DNA from: Cenococcum geophilum
Lineage: Eukaryota
Direction of reading: 5' to 3'
DNA: 64,000 nucleotides
NCBI GenBank assembly: GCA_050273025.1
Contig: CP158635.1
Location: 26,164,001 to 26,228,000, forward strand
In this document: positions 14,252-24,838 of the stretch, one piece after another
Numbering within the stretch: position 1 is the stretch's first letter
How the letters are laid out: every line of letters starts with the position of its first letter
Program-made: the position numbers and the translations under genes
Notes under the pieces: generated by a model
What the model saw: only the letters and a program-made list of their open reading frames with translations
Told to the model about the DNA's origin: nothing
The model's database searches: none

Positions 14252-16410
14252 ATGCAAGCCCAACCAGCCGGCGTGATGCAAGACAACAAGTCCTTATCGC
14301 CAGCCGCCAAGCGGCCAGAACTTAACGGATACCCGCCTGATCGGAAGAGCCCTGTTAGGTACATCTCTGACCCCTACGACTATCCTCGCAAACGCACTTC
14401 CGTGGCCTGCGAAGTCTGCCGCGTGCGAAAGGTTCGGTGCGACGCCGGAAAGCCGGGCTGTGGGTCCTGCACCAAGCTTGGCGTAGCGTGCTCTTATGCC
14501 ACTGCTCGCAATTGTAGGTGAGTATCACGCTCTGTAAACCAGTCGTTCTCTCTGTCGGCTGAGGTTCACTGCCGTTCATTTGGCTTTGGCCGCCACGATC
14601 GTGATGCTTCATATGTTTGTTCTACAGTGCCGTTACCCTGTACAGGGCTAACCACGCCTAGGCCAGAGCAAGACGCGGCCGGACTTTTTCTGAATAAACT
14701 GGATGCCCGACTGGATCGACTTGAGGCTAAGCTAGACCAGAGTCTCAATTCCAACCCTGCAGCTGCGTCCTTCAAACACGTGACTTCCCCCACCCCCGGA
14801 CCCACGCCGCAACATCCTGAAACAATCCCACCGTCTGGCCCGGCGCCAACCGGTCCTCTCGGGTATGATCGCATAGGGCTGAACCTTGCGGCCTTCGCTC
14901 GACTGGAGGGACATGAGATTTCTCCCCTCCTTGAACCGTTTCAGTTTGATGAGAGTGAAGCTTTCCTTGTGCGTGAGATCGCGCAAGGCAAGCGTCTCTA
15001 TCAAGCTGGTAATCCGGGCAATTTAGATCTCTCTCCTCGGTTATGCGCGAGGCTGCTACAAGCATTCGCCAGGAACGTGCTTACGTGGTTCCCCATATTC
15101 GACCAGGAATCGTTTTCCAAACTTGTAGCGAAGTCATGTACTGACCTATTTGATCAGTCTGATCCTGAGACGTGTCTAATCCTTTTAATGCTCAGTCTCG
15201 GAGATTTGTCAAAGGCAGATGACCTTACAAGTGACGACCCGTACGAGTTCCCCGGCCTTAACTATTTTCTGGCTGCCTCCAGGACCATGGACGCAACACT
15301 TGGCTACTCACTTCTTGAGACACAATGCCACGTCCTGATATCGTATGCAGCGACCTGTCATCCAGCGTGCTGCTCCTCTGCGACAAATGCTAATACTTCC
15401 CAGACTCTATCTACTTCTCTGCCTCCGCCCACTCCAAGCCTCCCACGCCATCTCCCTAGCGTCGAAGTCCGTCCTCACCCTTTTCGCGTTTCGGAATCAT
15501 CTCAACTCCGATGCTCAACTGCGCGAGTGCTGCCACCGCGCTTATTGGGCTTGCTTCATTATTGAGTACGAGCTGAAAAATTACGTCGATTACGGAACGA
15601 CGCCGCTGCTTCAAGTTCACGAGGTTGTCCCCCTCCCGTCCAGCTATTACGATGAGCCAAGCATGTTATGGTTCCTCGCCGCGATCTCTATGCGGCGCCT
15701 CTACACATATGCTCTTGAAAACGTTTGGAAGACGCCGCATGTTGTGTATGAGCCTAAGGTTATAGAAGTGCTACGAGAGCAGATGTCAACGTGGTACAAC
15801 AGCCTGCCGCCCAACATTAAATTCCCAAAGGACACGGCTATGATATTGGATCCCCAAAAGGCTTTTCTGCGCTCGCAATACTTTGCCCTGCATTGGGTTA
15901 TTGGTTGGCCCGCTGTCGTTCACATAGTCACTAAGGGACCGGATGATGGAAAGCAGCACGCTGATCTCTTAGCGTTCTCAAGCGAGGTCATTCATTATAG
16001 CATCGCTCATATTCTTTCATCGGAAAGTCTAGTGCAAGAGCGACACCCCTTGTTACTTGCAAATCTAGTTGGGCAAGTACTCATTTTTTCTGGCCCCTCG
16101 TCTTACAATGTTCTCACTCCGTCATATATGGCCCTCTTCAGTCCTACTCCTCCTGACCCCTAGACTGACATTATCTTCTGTCGATAGCATGTGGTGCTCC
16201 ACGATGCTGTTGGTTACTATTTACCGCGCTCCCGCCCTCGAACCCGTCCAAAATCCGGGCACACCTGCTGCCATCCTGAAAGGCCACGCTATGCTGTCCA
16301 CCTGGGCCGCGAACCCCAGCGTCGCCAGCAATGTCCGCCGGCTCGAGGAGGAGATGATCCGCAAGGGTCTTCGGACAACTCAGGAAAGTACGAAGCGGCA
16401 GAGGAGATGA
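14252..16410 (+). CDS. Zn(II)2Cys6 transcription factor, 4 exons
   Basis: ACEVCRVRKVRCDAGKPGCGSCTKLGVACSY; middle homology region CHRAYWACFIIEYEL. Introns ~14518-14661, 15343-15402 and 16073-16187 (GC-AG). Start codon uncertain (14186/14252/14276). Confidence 0.85.
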
Positions 16411-16643
16411 ACCGGCGAGCGCTGGAGGGATATGAGAAGGGGCTGGGGAAAGAGCACCCCGACACGCTGACGAGCATCTATTGCCTTGCGTGCTTACTAC
16501 ACCAGTAGAAGCGCTATAAAGACGCCTTACCGCTCTATTATAAGGTATATGCTGGTTATCAGAAAACACTTGGACTGGATCATCCAACTAACCAGACCTG
16601 TTTGGACCATTGCACTTCACTTCGGCAATTGGCGGGTTCGTAG
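16383..16643 (+). pseudogene. C-terminal TPR fragment of a fungal NLR-like (NB-ARC/NACHT-TPR) gene
   Basis: GKYEAAEEMNRRALEGYEKGLGKEHPDTLTSIYCLACLLHQ*KRYKDALPLYYKVYAGYQKTLGLDHPTNQTCLDH. Kinesin-light-chain-type TPR signature LGxEHPDTL; internal TAG at 16506-16508. Confidence 0.8.
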
Positions 16644-16764
16644 ATAACGTCGTCTTATTATCATTCGTTTTCTAATCTATATAACATTGTAATTAAGGTG
16701 CCCGCTATACATTCAGCTGGTTGTATAAGCAAAGCTCTTCAGGTAAGCGTGTCTCTTCTATCCC

Positions 16765-17165
16765 TTAACCGTCAGGACCGAATTAAGGTAGGTCCGTGCA
16801 CGAACATCAGGATCAAAACAACGCGTGTATCTACATAGAATCCAATCATCAATTACACCACCACTATGCCTTCTAATCGTGCTAGAATTGATGCAGACCT
16901 TGTTCCAAAGACTCAATACAATATACCCCCAAATAAGACCGCCAAAAAGCCTCCCCCTAAGCCATAGCCTCTACCCACATTTAAGCATCTCTATATTAAC
17001 GATTGGAGCAACTATAGCTTATTAGATCTTCCTTCTAACGTTGATCTACACGGTCCTTTTGGGCTATTTAGTCTATTCTTTATGGATAAGATTATAGATA
17101 AGCTTATAGAGTGGACGAACGAGCACGCGGAGCTTTATCTACTAGATAAGGAAAAGGAATTGTTG
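16765..17165 (+). mobile_element. 5' relic of a piggyBac-like transposon
   Basis: TTAA-CC start at 16765. ORF from ATG 16866 with TAG at 16965 reads ...LPSNVDLHGPFGLFSLFFMDKIIDKLIEWTNEHAELY, resembling the piggyBac transposase N-terminal P-x-x-LF-x-LFF...TN-x-x-A motif. TpA-rich. Confidence 0.65.
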
Positions 17166-17304
17166 ATTTGGTAGGTCGCTGAGCTAAAGCTTGTATATTG
17201 CTTATTTTCTATATAGGTGGTTAAAGAGATTTCAAGAAACTTCGACCGGCGGTCGAAGTTGTTTAATTGGTCAGATTCCTGCCAAGAGGTTTCTCCTGTA
17301 AGTC

Positions 17305-17486
17305 TTATTACAAAGAATTATCTACAAGATAACTACCCGGAAGTAATAAATTATAACGCTTTAAGGGTTGCAGTAAAGGATGCATGGGAGAAGGTTAGAA
17401 GGCACGAGTTTGAAGAGCTAATTAGTAGTATACCGGCGCGCTGTCAAGCTGTAATTAATGCGGAAGGGCGATTTACAAAGTATTAG
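17305..17486 (+). mobile_element. 3' relic of a Tc1/mariner DDE transposase
   Basis: KNYLQDNYPE...LRVAVKDAWEKV...EELISSIPARCQAVINAEGRFTKY*, matching the Tc1-family C-terminal SMPxRxxAVIxAxGxxTKY motif. Confidence 0.8.
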
Positions 17487-17982
17487 ATAGAATACTCTAC
17501 GGAAGTGGTTTTGAAGTCGTGTTTTTGATGTTGTGAGGCCTACTACCCGATTAGGTTAAGTGAGGCATGCCCCTGCTAGTGCTATTACAAAACTTAACCG
17601 CTGTACCTCCGTATGCACAGACCAATGTCTTGGCATTGTACGAGGGTACAGTAATACGATATGGGGTACGAATTCGTATATATACGATAACCTCTACATT
17701 ACGATCTACCCTTAATCAAGCCTTTTTTGGTGTAATATTACGATAATCTGACTTTTGGCAATATCGTTAAGCACCTACCACCAATATCGGTATAACCGGT
17801 AGAGAATTTGTATGGGAGAGGGCCCTATTTAGCCCGCGAGGTAGACATCCTAAGCCTTTTTGGGTATTAAGCTCCTTTTTTTCCTACTTATTCACCCAAC
17901 ACGTGACTCTTGATATAACAATACCATTGGTATTACGATACGCTCGGCCGAACAAACGGTATCGTACTAAAGAGATTTTACT

Positions 17983-18111
17983 GTAACATGAACGGGTCAG
18001 ACGGCCCTCCCTGCTAGTATGTTATCAAAATAAGCGAACCTTTGCAAAATGGTTGGGCTGTATTATTCTGCTAGCACACGCAGGGAGGGCCGTCTGACCC
18101 GTTTGTGTTAC
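17983..18111. repeat. 129-bp hairpin with 32-bp inverted arms (mini-MITE-like)
   Basis: GTAACATGAACGGGTCAGACGGCCCTCCCTGC (17983-18014) pairs with 18080-18111 with two mismatches; 65-nt loop. Confidence 0.85.
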
Positions 18112-18391
18112 CCCCTTGTACCGGCCGCTTAGCGAGCAGATGAGTAATCTTGCCGTATAGGGTAAATACATGGGCGCACGGCTGGCCCAATGGGCCAATG
18201 GTAGCGGCTCAATCAGCGGGTAAGCTTGTCTCACTAGTTAGAAGAAGTTAGCGTCAGCAACGTCTCCTGCATGCTCACCGTAAAACGCCAAGGTAACACG
18301 TATCTCGGGGGCCATTTTCATGCTACTTGAAGATGCATTCACCTTGCCTTTGGCTACTTTTTGCAGCTCTGTTTAATCACCAATTCTAATC

Positions 18392-20151
18392 ATGTGGTGT
18401 CAATTAAGCTTGGGTGCTACGGCACTACTTAGCCTAAGCGGCTGTATTAGGGCCGAATACACCGAACCCGCCGGATTTGACCCCCAACAAGCTCTTGTGG
18501 AACGAGGTATCAATTTCGAGGGCTACTTAGATGATCAGCAGCAATTGCTTAGCAATAACAACACCTGCACCTCAGCAGTGAGTCTCCAATATATCTTACT
18601 ATATTAATTACTTCTGACCTTTTTACAGTGTTCAAAGCTCTCTTCCGTATTCGAAGGCCAAATCACCCATCAAGGTTCGCCAGAACATGAGCTTTGGACC
18701 AATCAGTTCTGGTCGCAGCAGCAAAGCGCGGCGAAACCTTCTTGCATTTTCCAGCCCAAGACTTCTTCTGATATATCTGCGGTTGTACTCTTATCACGTT
18801 GGTCAAAGTGCCCGTTCGCAGTAAAGAGCGGGGGCCACGCTGCTTTTGCTGGCGCCTCTAATCTTGATGGTGGTATCACGATCGACTTGTCTTCAATGAA
18901 TGCCATTGAGCTCACGCCAGACCAGAAAATAGCGAAAATAGGCCCAGGAAATATTTGGTACAATGTTTACTCTGCTTTGGAGAAGTTAGGCTTAACTGTA
19001 GTTGGTGGGCGCGTTGCGGATATTGGCGTCGGAGGACTAACCCTTGGAGGCGAGATCACTGCCGTGTTTAGACTAGTCTTACTGGCTAACTCTGAGGCAG
19101 GCGGTATATCGTTTTTCTCCGGCGCGTATGGCTGGGGTTGTGATAATGTCGTCAACTACGAGGTATGTAATGCAGCCTAATGGTTTCCTTGACCTGTCCC
19201 CTAAAGGCCTATCAGGTTGTCATCGCTAGTGGTGAGATTCTCAATGTCAATTATACTTCCTATCCGGATCTTTACTGGGCACTCCGAGGCGGTGGTAATA
19301 ATTTCGGTATCGTGACACGTTTTGACATGGAGACGTATCCGCAAGGAGACTTATGGGCCGGCAGTCGGACATATGACCTAAAAAACCACAGCCAAGCTCT
19401 CATCAACGCCTTCGTCAATTTTGGAAACAACCCAGACGACCTTGCGGCAACCTGGGTCGCCTTTGTTCATTATCAAGGAGATTTCTTGGTCAGCACAAGT
19501 CTAGTGTATCACCAACCTATCGTCGACCCACCTATCTTTGATGAATTCAAGGCAATTCCCTCTCTCGCCGATTCCACTAAAGTCCGAAGTCTCTCGGACG
19601 TAACCGTCGAGATCAATGCCACCGCTCCGAAACATATGCGGGAGATGTATTGGACCCATACCTTCAAACTGGATGCAAAATTGGCCAACTTCATGGTAGA
19701 AACGTTTCTTGAGGAGATTGAACCAGTCAAAGATACTCTAGGATATTTACCTGCGCCGGTACTACAAGTCATGACGAAGACCGCATTATCCCGCATGACC
19801 AAGAACGGTGGTAATCCCTTACCGGTCACTGTTGAGGAAGGCCCTTATATGAACCTCATCTTCGCCACTATGTGGATGAACGAGGAGGATGATGAGGCAA
19901 TCATTGGCACCACCGCAAGAGTGATGGAGAAGGTGGTCGCGAAGGCCAAAGAGTGGGGCGTGTATAATGAGTACATCTATATGAATTATGCAAGTCAGTA
20001 TCAGGATGTGCTTCGCAGTTATGGGGAAGAAAATTATGGCCGTCTAGTGAAAGTGGCTACTAAGTATGACCCTGCGAGAGTTTTCCAGGAGCTACAGCCA
20101 GGCTATTTCAAATTCGGAAGACCTCCAACAAAGGATGTGCCCGGTCTATAG
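18392..20151 (+). CDS. secreted FAD-binding PCMH-type (berberine-bridge/VAO-like) oxidoreductase, 4 exons
   Basis: Signal peptide; PFAVKSGGH (covalent FAD His motif), VVGGRVADIGVGGLTLGG/GISFFS, DLYWALRGGGNNFGIVTRF, YMNYA...KYDPARVFQ. Confidence 0.92.
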
Positions 20152-21412
20152 AGATCATCTTTTGAAAGTGGTTATGAATGAGTCACTGGCATGGCTAGGT
20201 TAATTCTACTGTATACGGTACTTAAATAACACCATTACATCTACCGGCTATTCGGATATATGGATAAAGTCCTCAGGTCAACCCCTATCATTACCTCAAC
20301 TATTAGTTGATTACATACGTTTTTAAACTGTTCAGCCACTGTTTTTAGCTGCGATTGCCTCGAAGGCTAAGGCTTACAAAAGCGATAAGCCGTCTCGAAG
20401 ATTCTTCCTGTTGCCTAGGTGGTAGGCAGCAGGCGGCGCAGTACTAGTGTCGATGAGGCGGTCGCATCTCACTAACAATTCGCATTTCTGCAGTCTGTCT
20501 ACCATTACCTTTACACTTAGCCATCTTCAAAGGCTTCGTCTTCGAAAAAATATCTAGCTGCGATGATTTAAACGCTTACGATAGACTTTCAAGCCCATCA
20601 CGAGACCTTGCGGATGTCGGGCCTGCATGTTTGTTAGGTATTTTTGTTCTATTCTCTCCACACTAGAACGAAAGGTTAACGATGGGGCTTAAGCTGAAAC
20701 TTGCGGTCATTCATACAAGGGGGCTACCTGAGCGGGCCAACTGCGCTCCCTGATAGTTTTAGTGGCATTATAATGATATCCTATGAAAATAGTGTACACA
20801 CGGCTATAACGCCACTAAAACTAGCAAGGAGCGCGGTTGGCCCGCTCAGGTTGCCCCCTTGTAGTCAGCCACAGCAGTTCTCGCACCCCTTCGGTGTTTT
20901 CATTGGTGCTACACACCTGTAAGGCTCCCTCAGCTCTCGGCAGTGTCCAACACCGCCCGCAACCAACAATAGCAATGGCGAATCACAGAAAACAGTTCAG
21001 ATGCTCTGAATCCGGATCTGCGGATATTCGGCTAGTTTCTATGGGTTTGGCCCTTTCAGCTGAGGTATTGGCAAGGCTGAGGCGTTGGCTCCGAGGCGAG
21101 GTCTGACGCGTTCTCCGGTTCGCGAAGCCGTCTCATAAAGTCGCTGGCCAATTGTGGGGAGCGGATTAATCTGCAGCCTGCCAGAATCAACAAAATTAGG
21201 AGTTCAAGAAAAAAAGGCAAACTCCCATGCCGAAGTAGCCTCAGGTCAGGTAAACATGGCTTTCAGCCTCCCCCATTCTCTCTTTTCTTGATGTAGCATC
21301 GCCACTAACGTAATTTCTCCCGCTGACGTTTCCGCAAATCTTATTTAAACTGCAAGGGCATCGTTCCCTTTTGACGTACTTTTCAAACCTCAACGGAAGA
21401 TTCTTGAACAGG

Positions 21413-24103
21413 ATGACCGAAGAGGAAAAGAATAATAGCCCGGCTATTCACCGATCGCAGTCTGGCTCTGATTTTCATTATCTAACTGCTCATTCAAATA
21501 TTCCACACTCGTCAGCATCAACTAGTGCTAGAGGATCGAATAGCAACATACCTCAATACCCAGCTCCGCCCTCAGACACTGACGCGGAAGGCTCGCCCTC
21601 TAGAAAGGCAACTAGCGTTGTTCACTATGTTGAAGATATCAGAAAAACCAAGATAGGAAATTTCAGACCTGCGCTATATCGTGTTGGGGCTAGGACAGAT
21701 GCTGAGCCGAAAGAAGTGGCCGTGGAGTTGTACTCTCCGTCATGTAGTGAAAAGGAGACCGAACTGATTGCAGACAGTATCATATTTGTGCCGGAAGCCA
21801 ACCAGAATCCATACACGGCATGGCAAGATTCAAAGAAAGATAATTTTTGGCCTGAATTCGTTGGAAACCAGCTCCATAATTGCCGAGTCTGGAGCTACGG
21901 ATACCACGGCGACTATAGCGACGAAGGTCCAATATCTACCGCGGCGACAATCCTAATCAACTCATACGCGGCCCAGAGACGGATGGACACAGTAACCCAT
22001 GCTTATTTTCCGGCATTACTCTTTAAAATCGAAGCTAACACTGTCAGGCTGCTGGTGTCAAAGGCTTGTCCAGCACCCACCCAAGAATTATATTCATTGC
22101 TGTAGGCTTTGGCGGGGTTCTCGTCAAGAAAGTGAGTACTCCTATAAATTCTATCGTTTCAGCTATGCTAAATTAAGTAGGTTCTACTTGACTGTCTCAA
22201 CTCTCAAAAGCCCGAGACTTGCTCATTCTGGTCATGCTGTACCGGCATTGTATTTATCGAAACTCCACATCTAGCTCATCAAAAGATGTTGCGTCGATTC
22301 GCTCGAGGCACCCGCTTCTATCCGAAATGCGTGCGGAAGAGACTGCAATTCAACCCGCAAGCCCTCCTTGAGGACACTGAGTCAATAAATGAGAAATTTC
22401 TACGGAAGCTACCTTCAATGCCTCCTACACTTTGTATTACTAACCAAATTAGAGTCTCAATCCTTGTATGCGATCAGTCAATCTATGTAAAATGAGTCTT
22501 ACTGACGGCTGGTAGCGACTCGACAAGGCAAATGGAACTCTCTTATCCCGAAGGGAGCCTGGGGATAACCATCCTGTCCATGAACGCTCTAGAATGTGGC
22601 ATAAGTGCATTTCTGATAGAGATGGCGTCTTTACGCAAATCAAGGACAAACTCGAAGCATGGAAAGAAGCAGAGCCGAGAACTAAACCATCTCACCCGAG
22701 TCTGGATAATACGAAAGATGCAGTTCGGCTACTCAGCCTTGGTAAGTCTTCTTAACTGATTGATCTACGCTTATCTAACGGTTTTTTGCAGATGGAGGTG
22801 GAGTCCGCGGACTTTGCAGCCTTCTCATTCTCGAAAGGATCATGCGGGAGATAGAGAGGATAGAAATTGAACAAGACCCAGGTTCGAGACATCGTGTTCG
22901 AATTCCAGCTGACTATTTTGACCTGGCCGGTGGTACAAGCACGGGAGGGTATGTCTGTCATGCCATCAATGCAGTTATAATGCTAAAATCTATGCAGATT
23001 GATATGCATAATGCTATTTCGACTAGTAAGTCATGCTGTAGAAGCATAACACAGTCGCTGACAAAGCCAAGCGGATGGATATCCAGAGTGCCATCGTTGA
23101 GTACAAACGCCTCTCCCCTGAGATATTCCGCCAAAGCCGCGCCCGCTTCATTGGAGGAAATATCGCAAAGGCGGCCGTGGGCAAGCCGTGGTTCAAAGGT
23201 AGAAGGTTAAAGCGGGGAGTTAGACGTATAGTAAATGAGCGCCTTCCCTACGACGAGAAGGATAGGCTAGGCGATAATGTCTCGGAAGCCACTCTTAAAT
23301 CAGAACTTCCAGAGATTCAAGAAGGCACATGCAAGACGTACGGATCTTCTAATTGCTTTGGGTTCATTTATGACTGACTATATACTAGTTTTGTCGTAGC
23401 GCTGAAGAGGGAGGATCGATCGGCGGTACTGCTCCGAAGCTATACCGCGCCTGGTGAGAATGGTGCTGGATTCAATGATTGCAAAATTTGGCAGGCGGCG
23501 CGGGCAACATCAGCGGCTCCATTCTACTTCCCGACAGCAAAGATCGGTGAAACAAGGTTCTGGGACGGTGGGCTTGCGCATAACAATCCAATCCAAAGGG
23601 TATGGGATGAAGGGGAGCGGCTTTTCCCAGACAACCAAACTGCGTGCATCGTCAGCTTGGGCACAGGATGTCAAACAAGGCGGCCAGAAAAGACTTTTCT
23701 CCCCATCATAGGGAAAGGAAAAAGCATAATGAAAAACTTGACCGAAGTGGAGAGGGTTAACGACGAATTCGAAGAAGGAATGATCACGAAGAACAAGCCC
23801 TTCTATCGCTTCAACCCGAGCACTGGCGAAGACGAAATTGGCTTGGCAGAATACAAAAGACTTGGGGACTTAGAGACGTATACAAAGACTTACCTAGAAG
23901 ATCCAGACGAAAAACAGAAAATCCATGAGTGCGCAAGGCGACTTGTACGCATTCAACAAGTTCCCGCCGACGAAGAAGTTGCTTTCAAAGCGGAGGCTGT
24001 TACTAGCGAGAACGAAACGACCCCAGGCGACCTAGGGGGTACCAAAAGACCAGGATTTCGGAGGAAGATGTGGAACCGGATTGGAAATTACTTTCGAAAA
24101 TAG
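21413..24103 (+). CDS. fusion of an N-terminal SesB/SERAC1-like alpha/beta-hydrolase (degenerate nucleophile) and a C-terminal patatin-like phospholipase, multi-exon
   Basis: After splicing: IIFVPE...W...FWPEFV...CRVWSYGY, PRIIFIAVGFGGVLVKK, TGIVFIETPH, then LLSLDGGGVRG, FDLAGGTSTGG, IWQAARATSAAPFYF, FWDGGL, IVSLGTG, FYRFNP. Confidence 0.85.
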
Positions 24104-24838
24104 CGATGCTGCTTAATAGCTTCTGCCGCACTTTTCCTTAAATGCCTAGCGGGTTTTTCCTGGCCGTTCGAAACTTTTTCTGCTTTCACTTTCTGATAAT
24201 ACAAGGAATGCACATAATTACTAGGTATAATCTAAAGTCGAAGGCAAAGCCATAGAGATCCGCTTTAATCTGCAAAGTACATGATCTGAACGAAAGAAGT
24301 AGTTAAATCATCCTGCCTGGTAGCCTTATTAGGCACTTCCGCCGCGTCGCTAACCCCAGATGGGCCAAAGAAACCCTCGCCATCGCCTCAGACCTGCAGC
24401 TTTAGCCTCGCAGCTTTAGCCCTGCAGCCTCGCGTGCCCAGAGAGACAAAAGTTGTGGCCTCCAGCTTTGTCCAGAAGTTAGGTTGGCCAGTACTCCTTT
24501 CCTTTCTGCGAAAAATTTCTTAAAGCTGTGATTCCCCTTGGGTGGTTTCCTTCTCCTCTGCAGCAAGATGACATGAGGCAACCACACGTCGCGGAGCTTG
24601 TGGTCCGCTTCGTGGTATATCTAGCCTCGTGCCAGCATGTCGAATTACGTGCCATTGCAAGATCTAGGGACTTCAGCATCTTCATCCAAAAGCACTAGTT
24701 CTAATGTCCCTGTAATTTCGCCCGTTCCCGCTGTTCCCGCTCCCGTTGTTGCAGCGTCTCTGCCAGCCGCGTAGAACCACCGCCCCCTGGCTAACCGAAG
24801 TCTGCTTCGAACGTTACAACGAATCCGCACCGCCGGCC

